From: Haliotis rufescens
Taxonomy: Eukaryota
DNA: 64,000 nucleotides
Direction: 5' to 3'
Assembly: GCF_023055435.1 (NCBI RefSeq)
Contig: NW_025963779.1
Location: forward strand, 89,838,001-89,902,000
The notes under the pieces are model-generated. The model was not told the DNA's origin, did not search any database, and was given only the letters and a program-made list of their open reading frames with translations. The translations under genes and the position numbers were made by a program. Every line of letters begins with the position of its first letter. Positions within the stretch are counted from its first letter, which is position 1. This document shows, piece after piece, positions 1 to 12,300 of this stretch.

Positions 1-128
1 AGATCATCTTGGCATGGGTGACTTGAGGCCTGTCTAAAGATGGATGGCATGAGGTCATCTTGGCATGGGTGACTTGAGGTCTGTCTAAAGATGGATGACT
101 TGAGGTCATCTAGATATGGGTGACTTGA
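1..128. repeat. 51-bp tandem repeat, truncated by window edge
   Basis: ag(a/g)tcatcttggcatgggtgacttgagg... recurs at 1, 52 and 103. Confidence 0.85.
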
Positions 129-186
129 CCCCCTAATCTGTACCTACCACGTCATAACCATTCCTCATTGTGTTCTGTGTTTGCAG

Positions 187-331
187 AAGGCGGGCTGCCC
201 GGCCCTGGGGGAGGACAGAGGGTGCTGCCACTCGGTATTCCCCTCAGCGCAGCACAAAAAAAGAAACCTTCCGGCTCTGTTCTCCGAAGCTATTTCCCCG
301 AAACCTGGCTTTGGGAGCTGGAACAAGTGGG
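187..331 (+). CDS. A2M-like exon: bait-region-like segment + RSYFPETWLW
   Basis: ttgcag| ... GG|gtaggt; GGLPGPGGGQRVLPLGIPLSAAQKKKPSGSVLRSYFPETWLWELEQV. Confidence 0.9.
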
Positions 332-3300
332 GTAGGTTGTTACATGGTGTCTCTTACTGAAGATTAGAGTGAGTGATTTGGGTTAAAAGCCACCTTGAAC
401 AGTATTTCAGTTAGATCACGGCGTGGCAGCTTTGTATGGGTTGAAAGCCCGAATAAACATAACAAGGGAGAATCAGAGTTTCGAACCTATGATTTTAGGT
501 TTCTAAAACGACAGGGGCACCCGTGCCCTCATGAATATTGGACTTAAATCCATTCTTATTCTTCACCTTTGCTTTGACGTTATGAATTTAATGAAGCTTG
601 TCTATTCAGGTTCACAATTCCCACTTTGATGGCTACTGCTTAAAGCAAAGTGTTAAAGTGGTACTTACTTGTAACTATTTGTCAGGTCTGTATACAGCTC
701 CAATCCTTTTATGATCAACGTGAGCTTCACAGAACTTCATTGCAAGACTTCATCAATTTTATTGTGATGAAGTTGTAGTTCCCGTGCGTATATTGCAGTG
801 ACACAGGAGAGTTGGAACTGAGGAAGACTACCCCTCACACGATCACCCGCTGGGTCGGAAATACCATCTGCACCAGCCAGTCAGCGGGAGTTGGGGTGGC
901 TCCAATGACGTCATTGACAACCTTCCAGCCATTCTTCTTGAGTATACATCTCCCGTACGCTGCAGTCAGAGGGGAGAGGCTTCCACTCCATGTTACTATC
1001 TTCAACTACCTTGAGAAATGTCTGTATGTAAGTATTGTGGTAGCTGACTACATTGAGAAATGTCTGTATGTAAGTATTGTGGTAGCTGATTACCTTGAGA
1101 AATGTCTGTATGTAAGTATTATGGAGGCTGGCTACCTAGAGAAATGTCTGTATGAAAGTATTGTGGAGGCTGGCTACATTGAGAAATGTCTGTATGAAAG
1201 TATTATGGAGGCTGGCTACCTAGAGAAATGTCTGTATGAAAGTATTGTGGAGGCTGGCTACCTAGAGAAATGTCTGTATGTAAGTATTATGGAGGCTGGC
1301 TACCTAGAGAAATGTCTGTATGTAAGTATTGTGGAGGCTGGCTACCTAGAGAAATGTCTGTATGTAAGTATTGTGGAGGCTGACTACCTAGAGAAATGTC
1401 GGTATGTAAGTATTATGGAAGCTGACTACATTGAGAAATGTCTGTATGTAAGTATTGTGGAGGCTGACTACATTGAGAAATGTCTGTATGTAAGTATTGT
1501 GGTAGCTGACTACCTAGAGAAATGCCTGTATGTAAGTATTGTGGAGGCTGACTACCTAGAGAAATGTCTGTATGTAAGTATTGTGGAAGCTGACTACATT
1601 GAGAAATGTCTGTATGTAAGTATTATGGAGGCAGACTACCTAGAGAAATGTCTGTATGTAAGTATTGTGGAGGCTGGCTACCTAGAGAAATGCCTGTATG
1701 TAAGTATTGTGGAGGCTGACTACCTAGAGAAATGTCTGTATGTAAGTATTGTGGAAGCTGACTACATTGAGAAATGTCTGTATGTAAGTATTATGGAGGC
1801 AGACTACCTAGAGAAATGTCTGTATGTAAGTATTGTGGAGGTTGACTACCTTGAGAAATGTCTGTATGTAAGTATTATGGAGGCTGGCTACCTAGAGAAA
1901 TGTCTGTATGTAAATATTGCGGAGACCACCTGGGGTAGTCGATATATGACGGTGACATGCAAGCAGTCTTTTTTTAGTTATTTTGTATTTTAAAATATGA
2001 GTTCAAGAGTCACTGTGTGATCGTATAGGGACACCTTTAGTGCAGGTGATTCATGTTAAAAATGTTGTATTTTGTGAATAATGGAAACACTGAAGACGTA
2101 CTGTATCAAGGAGAAATGGCAGAGAGTCTTGGGTAGGAATAACATTATACGTTTTACACTCTCTTACCCAGGCTGTCTCAACAGACTGACAATATCTTGA
2201 CCTTGGAGTCAGGGTGGGGTGGTCGGTTGTGAGCGGGTGCTGGCATTCTAGTGGGGGTAAGGGTGGGCATGGATGGATATTTGTTCGATACAGAATATGT
2301 TAACGATCACCGCTTCAAGAGCCAGCGAACTTAGTTAAGAACACCCAGGATGTTCAACGAATATTTTGTTAGTGTAATACTCCAAATTGATGCGTGGCGT
2401 TGTCAGTGTCCCGTCATGTTACAGATGCAGGTGAACGTGGAGACGGGCGACGACATCACTCTGACAGTACGGGACCACCTCAAGCTTCCATTCTGTCTCT
2501 GTGGGGGCAAGAGTAAGACACAGAGCTACTACATCTCCGCGAAAGAAGTTGGAAAACTCCCAATTGTTGCCAGGGTGAGTGTACTGGTAACCTGGTAACA
2601 ATATATTAGAGTTAAATATACGCGAAATATGCGCAATAATTTTAATGTGAACCTTAAAGTTTAACAAATGTTCCACAATGACATTAATGTTCACATATTG
2701 TTCGTGAAGAAATTCGAATGTGAAGTGCCTGTATACGTGCACTAGAGTGTGTTGATTTGAAAAATTGGATGTTTTAGGCGGAAATAGTCCCCGGGACATG
2801 CGACAACAACATAGAACCTGACACGGAATACATAGGCCTTTCTGATGCTGTCAAGAGAGAGTTGTTTGTTAAGGCAAGTCTCTATAGTTGACCATACTGA
2901 GTATGAATACTGAAAAAAACATATCAAGTCAAGTTAATTAGGGCCTGTAAATTAAACATTAGTGAACATAAAATGTAATTTAAATAAACTATTTTATTCT
3001 TGCCTTCGATGAACACGATATCTGCTTCTTTCGCAGGTTGAGGGGGTGACACAAGAATATACCAAGAGTCTCTACATCTGTCCGAAAGGTAACAGTTTTT
3101 ACTGTCTTACATCTTTCCCAGACATAGATCAGGAAGAATATTTTGAAGTACAGTAAACTACGGTTATAACGAACACGCTTATAACGAACTGACGGATATA
3201 ACGAACTTACTTTTTTGTCCCGACTGTTTGCTGTAGTTATGCTGTATATATACTTATAACGAACTACGGTTATAACGAACTAAAATTAGTAGTCCCTTTG

Positions 3301-6300
3301 AGTTCGTTATAACCGTACTTTACTGTAATCTAACATTTCCCATGATATGTGTTCTCTATAGTTTATACTCAAATAACTAAATTCTTTAGTCACTGCTGCA
3401 TCAAGGTATCAGAACCCGTATATCATGGACACGTTTGTGCTTGTAGATTCTGACGTAACGAGGGAAGAGGTGGAACTGCCCTTGCCTGATGACATTGTGA
3501 GGGACTCCGCTAGAGGCCATGTATCTGTCATTGGTAGGTGTGCCATGTCACAGACGAAGACGACTTGTTTGATCAGCACACTTTTAGTGAGAGTATGGTT
3601 TAATGCCCTTGTAGCAATGTTTCAGCAATATCATGGCGGGGGACACCAAACGTGCACCTTTACATAGAGTAGGCACGAGTGTGAGCTAGGGCTGACTTGA
3701 TTGTAACTCCGGTTTGAACAGTACGCAAGTTACGGAATGTCGTCTCAGTGAGGTACGACAAACTAGAGTTCTCTTTAACTGTGGTGGGACTCACGCGTCC
3801 TATCGAGCTGACTGACCTGAATCAATCTTGGGGCGAATCTTGGAACGGAAACCTCAGTCAGAGGATATGCAGTCGTGTGCAGACGGGTTCTCTCAGCATT
3901 ATGACTTTTCATTACCTCTGAGATTTGTATATCGTGTGGTTCAGTTTTATATTAATGAGAAGAAGACTCCGGACTTCTCCCTACTGGTTAACAGGAGTCC
4001 TTGGACTTCTGGTCCTGTCAGTACACGACTTGAGTAATAAACGACTGGTGGTCGTTGTTTATCGTACAATTAAACACTGCAGGGAAAATAAACCATAACG
4101 GCGGTGTTTCATTATACCATAAAGAACGACCACGAGTCTTTCATTTCTTATATGAGATTTTGTATGTCTCTTAATGTTAATAGAATGTACAAGCTTCAAA
4201 GATATTTACCCGTATTTAAATCATGATGACTCCCTGAATACAGTCCTACCTCGGCAGTCGTAACAAGGGGGTTACGTTTGGTATTTCCCAGACAATTTTC
4301 ACGTCCATTTTATGTACCTTTTCTCCCAAAATTGACTTTGCAAACCTCTCCCACTTTTGGATGCGATCATTCGGCCATTGCGGTCATCTGCGATGCCCAG
4401 CTGCTTCTGTGGGGAACATCTTACTAGACACTTCCCTCTACGCCGTCATCAAGTTGCGAGCGCATGTTCGAATCTCCGGAAATGACGTCATGATAGAACA
4501 CGCTTCATTCTTCATTGTTCTTTGCGATTTTTCGCGTAGCTTTCTTACATACCGCCATAAACGATTGGGATATATTTGCACGTTAGCGGGAAGGACCTAT
4601 TTATACAAAACTAAAGCATTTCGTTATAGAGATGGTGTTGTTTACGTGATATGACTAAATAGGTCTCCCACCAAACTAATATCTAAACAACCAGGCAAAA
4701 GACAGTATGTTCTTGAAAATTAGGTTTAACCCCAAAAATGCAAATGCTATCTAAACTAGGTTGAAAACGGTAGCTGGAACACAGCACACTTAAGGTAAAA
4801 ACACAACTGTATCAAATACATCACCATGGAATAACCATTTCTTGTTTGTTTCGTTTTTAGCCAATATCAAACATGGGTGTGACCTTTCTTTTGCCCGGTA
4901 GTTTACTTGTCGGAGAGAGAATCCCTTTTGTCATGGAATCTAGATCGTTCATAACGAATTCCTCAAAGATTGAATAGTATTAAGTAGGCTTATCAAATAG
5001 TTATGAATTATGGCGTTGAATGGCATTGCAGGTGACATCATGGGACCAGCGCTGAGTAACCTTGACAACCTGGTCCAACTTCCGACCGGATGTGGCGAAC
5101 AGACGATGATCAGCTTCTCCCCCAACATCTACGTCCTCAAGTATCTGACCTTCACCTCCCAGCTGACTGACGAGATGAAACTTCTCTGTGAGAGATACAT
5201 GGAAATCGGTGAGAACTGTTTTCTGTAGAGGTGAAACGATACAGGGAGGTCACGATATGATACAAAGGTCATGATACGTATCGCGATATGCATATTTACG
5301 TCAAATCGCGTGGAAATGTCTTGACTATGAATATTTCAGAGCAGGTTGAAACGTAAAAGCTAGCTGTAGACACATGTTCGTTGCAGCTCGCTTTAGTAGT
5401 GAACTTTATTACAACACAATTTGCGAGTGTTGACTGAGTGTATCGTGAGTTCGCTTGAACGCCGTTGTTAAACAGTATTTGAGTATATGTGGTGTGTTAG
5501 TGTGATGGAAATCCCAGAGTGATGCAGGCGTTAGACGTTAACCATTTTGGTGCAACCCATGAGTTCGAGTGTTCGAGTCTGGTGCTGACAGACCAAGGAC
5601 CCTGGCCTGGCATCGGGTACAGGACATCGGGAACACAGTACAAGAGGATCCTGTCAGCAAAGGGGCACAACTCTTTACAGCACCGGATCACCCCTGACTC
5701 ATTGTGATATAGCCACAAGATTGCTCACCTGGATAATATTAAACCCCTGTCCTTAGCGATTCATTACTGTTACCATTCTTGATTAGCCTCCTGGGAATGC
5801 CGTCCAAATTGTAAGCTTGGTGCACCACGAATGGGCTATCCACGTTATGCTGAATGGTAGTTCTCTGTGAGATAGAATTGTGAAACAGAAGCATGCACTT
5901 TGGTCAGTGATGAATTTTACTGACATAACCTGAAGATAGTAGAGATAGAGTAGATGGTTCTCAGGTTACCCTGAACTGAACGATTCCACATCAGCAACAG
6001 CAGATACATCACTTACATCAGCTTACATGTAACAAACGGTCATTTTGCAACAGGCTACACCAGAGAACTGAACTACAGGCACGACGATGGCTCCTTCAGT
6101 GCATTTGGGAAGAGCGACGCCTCAGGCAGCACATGGCTCACGGCCTTCGTCGTTAAGTCGTTCGCCCAGGCCCAGCGCTTCATTTACATCGACCAAACCA
6201 ACCTGGCCACCAGTGTGTCCTTCCTCAAGTCCACCCGGATGGAGAACGGGTGTTTCCGGGAGGTGGGGAAAGTCTTCAGCTCCTACATGATGGGCGGGCT

Positions 6301-9300
6301 GGGGAAGGTGGACGGCGAGGATGATACTGCCCTCACAGCCTTCGTCGTTGTGGCGTTGTTGGAGGCCCGCGTGCCCCGTGATGTGAGTAGTATCTCTCTT
6401 ACACTTTGTCATTACTATACAGTGAGTGAGTGAGTATGGTTTTACGCCGCTTTTAGCAATATTCCAGCAATATCACGGCGGGGGACACCCCAAATGGGCT
6501 TCACACATTTTACCCATGTCGGGAATCGAACCCGGGTCTTCGGCGTGACGAGCGAACGCTTTAACCACTAGGCTACCCGACCGCCCCCATAACCATACAG
6601 ACTAGGAAGAGAATTTATTGATGTCAACTTCTTTATTATAAGGAACACAACGCAATTTCAAAATCAATTGGTTGTAAAATGAAACAGTTTTTCTCTCTAT
6701 TTATTAAGTTTTTCAAAAGAAGTACCAGATATGTTAATAATAGTGCATTAATCTGCATTATAGTGGAGCCATTTCGTGACAGATATAAGGTCAATTGTGC
6801 ACTTTGTGATAAATCCAATATGGCCGCCATGGAGAATGAAATTCTAGTATATCGCATGTGAGTGTCATCGTCAGGTCAATGTAACTTGAGCCATATGCTG
6901 AACGTGATGTGCCTGTGCAGGACCCTGTGTTGATGGCCGCCCTCAGGTGCCTGTCGCTGCAGCCCCGGGACGAGATGGACACCTACACTCTGACCCTCAC
7001 TGCCTACGCCCAGACTCTGAATGATCCCACCAGCCAGGCATCGGACGCAGTTATGACGGAACTCGACGCAAGGGTCATCTCTAACGGTAGGTCGAACCGT
7101 CACACAGAGCGATCTTAGCCCTAAGATGATGGTAACACCCATACTTTAACATAGGCTTACGGTAGTCGTCGCGCTGAGATCACTTTGTGGAATGGGGCCC
7201 AGTATTCCACTGTGGTACAGTAAACTACGGTTATAACGAACTCAAAGGGACTACTATTTTTAGTTCGTTATAACCGTAGTTCGTTATAAGCAAATATATA
7301 GCATAACTACAGCAAATAGTCGGGACTAAAAAGTTAGTTCGTTATATCCGTCAGTTCGTTATAAGCGTGTTCGTTATAACCGTAGTTTACTGTATTTACA
7401 ATACACTCGGCAGTGATAGAGATGCTGTACAGCAAGGAAACGGACTCGTTAAAAGTAACATAATTTCCCTAAATATGAAACCCAGACTGGAATAGTGACT
7501 CTCCACGGCGTTGTTTAAGGCGACACACTTGGATCAGATGATTGGTGATTGGGTGCTCATTCTATCAATCACTGTTTCTCTGGGTCAAATTCCATTATTT
7601 ACCTTAAACCTGTAGCTCTGATATTGCTGAATGCGGTTTAAACATGTCGACACTCACCTTTGAGAATATTTCAAACATTACGTTGGTAGTTTGCCTTATG
7701 GGATGATTCTGTTAATACAGTAATTACACATTTTGGTACAAACGTTTTCCCTCAGTTTCTATTCTCTGGAGGATACAATATATATCTGATACAGGAGAGC
7801 TGGGCTACTGGGGACGAGGTGGCTCCATGCCAGATGCTGTCAACACGTGGCACTACAGAACAGCACCGTCAGCAGAAATCGAGATGACGTCATATGGCCT
7901 GATGGCAACGTTGTTGTACTACCAGGACGGGGGCTTAGCTAAAGGGCAACCGATGATTATGTGGCTGTCGCAGCAGAGAAACTCCCTTGGAGGATTCGCA
8001 TCTACACAGGTAGGCATTGCATCTACACGGGTAGGTTTCACATCTACACAGTTAGGTTTCACATCTACACAGGTAGGTTTCACATCTACACAGGTAGGCG
8101 TCACATCTACACAGGTAGGGTTCACATCTACACAGGTAGGTTTCACATCTACACAAGTATGCATTGCATCCACACAGGTTTCTCATCTGCACAGATAGGT
8201 TTCACATCTACACAGGTAGGTTTAACATCTACACAGGTAGGTTTAACATCTACACAGGTAGGCTTCACATCTACACAGGTATGCATTGCATCCACACAGG
8301 TAGGTTTAACATCTACACAGGTAGGTTTAACATCTACACAGGTAGGCTTCACATCTACACAGGTATGCAGTGCATCTACACAGGTAGGTTTAACATCTAC
8401 ACAGGTAGGTTTAACATCTACACAGGTATGCAGTGCATCTATACAGGTAGGTTTCACATCTACACAGGTAGGTTTCACATCTACACAGGTATGCATTGGA
8501 TCTACACAGGTATGCATTGGATCTACACAGGTAGGTTTCACATCTTCACATGTAGGTTTCACATCTACACAGGTATGCATTGGATCTACACAGGTAGGTT
8601 TCACATCTACACAGGTAGGTTTCACATCTACACAGGTATGCATTGCATCTACACAGGTAGGTTTCACATCTACACAGGTAGGTAGGTTTCACATCTACAC
8701 AGGTAGGCATTGCATCTACGCAGGTATGCATTGCATCTACACAGGTATGCATTGGATCTACGCAGGTATGCATTGGATCTACTCAGGTAGGTTTCACATC
8801 TGCAGACTGTGCAGTATAATGTGGGGGTTATCAGAGTGCCGCAATGCTAAACGGTAGCTAATGGACACTGTACCTCACGGAGTCTGATGGGAAGGTTAGG
8901 CCAGTGGTTGTTACGAGACGGCTTGTAAGGAAAGGCTTATAAATTTCATAAGAACTGAGATTTCCCATCGATACAATGATCAAAGACCCACTAGTCGGGC
9001 ATGTTGACAAGATAACTGAATTCACAAAAAATCGTGTGCATGCCCTGTATGAACTACTTTTAACCATCGAAGTGAAAAGATATAACTAATACCTCCAGTT
9101 TCAAGGTAATCAGTTTTGACCTGGTTTGAGGAGTCTGTTTGAAACAGAGTCTGTGAACTCTGAACTATGGACATGGCTCCAGGAGTTATTTGTACAATTC
9201 GTCTTAGCTTCTTACAGGTTCAAAACAATTAAAACGAACTGGATACTATTTAATTACCTTCATATGAGCAATTTTTCGTTACAGGATACCGTCCTTGGCC

Positions 9301-12300
9301 TTCAGGCTATGGCCGAGTTCGCCAGCAAGACGTTCACTGGCAACGCCACTGACCTTAGCGTGACCTTCACCGGCAACAAGATGAGCCAGACATATGACAT
9401 CACCACGGGGGTGAACACACTGCTGCTCCAGAGGGCTCCCATCATGCATCTGCCCAACACACTCTCAGTCTCAACTAACGGTACAGGGTGTGCCTTGATA
9501 CAGGTCAGGCTCACTGTCGGAGGCTTTGTTCTGTAAACTCTATTAGTTATGCTTCCTCGGTTTTGTTTATTCTTGACGTTATCAGATTAAGACCAAACCA
9601 CACTGTTACAGTCAGAGAAAGATGGTAGACCATACACGATCCTAAACTAATTATGTAGAGTTATAATGGAGCCCGGTTCAGCAACTTAATGTGATAAGTT
9701 TTAACCTCTGGTATTGTCTGGGAAAGAATGGTGAGGTGAAATTGGGTTTAACGTCGCGTCCAAGATTATTGCACTTAAATAGCGACGTGTATGCAGGAGT
9801 GTGTGGCTGCTTGTACTGGTCCGGACTGATGCACATTTTATAGTGCTCACCCACTGAGATGCCATGCCACAGCAAATCATGAATACCCCACTCAAACACA
9901 GTGTACTGACTCTGAACCGACAAGTCCTTGTGTTCGCCCCTTAATGGGTAACAACAAGTACCATCTTTTAACGTCTATTGGTATGACGCGGCCAGGGGAT
10001 CGAACCCCGGACCTTCCGCTCTCCGGGCGGACGCTATTCCACTAGACCACGGAGGCGGTCCGTTTCGGAAAGAAAGGCAATTGGGCAGCACAAGTACACA
10101 GAAACATTAAAAAAACATCAACATGTAAATATAGTTAATTTGTCCTTTTGGTTTTGTTTCTAGGCTAATGTACAGTTTAACAAACTGCCCGAGAATCTGG
10201 GGATCAACAAACCTCTATTTAACCTCACTGTCGCCGTCAGAAGGTCAAGGACAAAGAGAAGTGATTGTGCCAGACGATCAATCAGGATATGTGTCAGGTA
10301 TGGCCTATGTAGTGTATCACTAGCACTGGTACTCCTTGAGTTAGTCACATACTTTGATCATAGGATTCACAGTGCTGTACTAATGCTACATGATTTCATG
10401 CCTTTCATCCAGCCGTCAGCCGTTTGAGATGGACGTCTGAAGTCCGAATTCAAAATTGTGATGTGACCAAAGAGGCAGTGGGGATAAAAGAGACAAATTA
10501 GGAATGTAATGTTTATTAATGTGAACAAAGACAATGTAAATGGCAACATACGCTTTCAGACAACAATGGTACGCCAAGACAGCCAACTCGAGACTGAGGA
10601 TGGTCCTATCAGAAACTGCATTTGGATTGTATCCATTATCAGTGCCTCATGGGCAACACAAACCATTTTGCATGTTTTGTATAACGACAGATGCTAAATA
10701 TTAAATTGTTGCTTTACGTCGCGTTAAGCAATTAATATTCCAGCTTTCTGCGTCTGCCAAAAGTCGGGCCAGGCAACCAGTGGTTGATATTATGATCACG
10801 GTCGGTGGACGATAACACGTTCCAGTCGGGAACATGGCCACCCGATCCAATTTTGGCATGTCGCGGGTCCCCACGGGGTGTCAGTAGAGAACGTATCCTG
10901 AACTGTGCATCCACTGTGGTCTCATAATGGCTCAAGTTTTATCACCACACCTGCATAGAGTTAAAACAATCGGTAACTACATACAGAGCCTCATTTAACC
11001 AACTGTTACTGATGTTTTACATGAATACTTACGCGTTTGACTTGACTGTAAGATCAGAACATATTTGGCATCCATGTCATTGTTTGGGTATTTTCAGTTT
11101 TATGGGTAAGAAGGACTTCAGCGCCGGGATGAGCATGTTGACAGTGAAAATGGTGACGGCTTGGACCCCAGTCCTCAACTCTTTGAAAGAGGTTGGTCGA
11201 TTATGTTGTTGTGAAAATACGAATACGAAAAAATTGTTTACGAATCCTGGTTATGAAACATGTTTTGTCAGCACTATACTCGTGCGCCTGGGTTGCCCAA
11301 CCCCTAAAAGACTTACACGCCGTAAATGATGTGATGCGGTGACAAAACTAAACTGACTCATTTGTGTTACAGCTTTAAACATGTCCCACTTACACGACAA
11401 ACCGGTAGTCGAATATGTTTCAGCCATCAAGTTTTGTATTTTGAATGTTTACTACACACAGTAAAATTGCTTACTGATTACGAGTTTAGAATGTAACTAA
11501 TGTATGTATTCATTGCACATTTCAGCTTGAGAGTGTTTTCCCTATATTGAGTATGAAGAAATACGAAAATGACGTCAAAAAGGGTTTAATAGCATTTTAT
11601 TTTGATGAGGTAAGCACAACTGATTCTTTATTGTCATACATGTTCAATATAAAATCCTATCTATTTGAAACAAAGAGACATAAATATATGGGGATTAAAT
11701 GGATTTGGATACTGCAATACGTAAAGTATTTATATTGAACATGTGTGCAACAAGTTAATAACATACGTGAGCATGCCTTGCCCAGCACGACTTCAGTCAG
11801 CCTGATTGTCCTGTACACCTGCTCCTCGTGGGGATCCAGGGTCAGAATCGGTTCTCAGGCAACTACAACGCGGATTGGGTGGCTAGAATATGAGACCTGG
11901 TTGATTGTGTGTCGTGTCAGGACCACGTGGTTTGAGCTACCAGCCTCCTGTTTGTCGCAAAGATATGCTACCCGACATCCTATTACTGGATTGTGTCTGA
12001 ACAACATTTACCCCCTCACACACCCAAGCTTACAAAGGCAAGGATGTTAACTGACTATTAAAGTGGAAACTGGACTTTTATAGTCAGTTAACGCCCTTGC
12101 CTCGGGAAGATGAATCACCCCTACAAATGCCTTTTTTCGATTTCAGCTTGACGTTAGAAAACGTTGTTTCGAGTTCGAACTTGAACAAGACCGTGACGTG
12201 GCTGTGTCGGACCCCAAGCCAGCAGAAATACAAGCCTACCAGTATTACGAAAAAGGTGATGCATCAAAGATCGTTTTCTTGATTACTAGTTATTCGGGCG

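Noticed and set aside
812-1993. 393-aa ORF as a stand-alone repeat protein
   Set aside because: It is exon 799-1027 read through into the intronic 42-bp array; the start is a TTG inside the exon and the A2M frame resumes at 2425
6500-6588. tRNA-Asp-like gene (and similar heads at 9990-10060, 44864-44970, 63755-63825)
   Set aside because: A/B boxes run directly into SINE bodies and tails with TSDs; no convincing acceptor stem or T-run terminator
7919-8857. Multiple overlapping repetitive ORFs
   Set aside because: By-products of the 21-bp array on both strands
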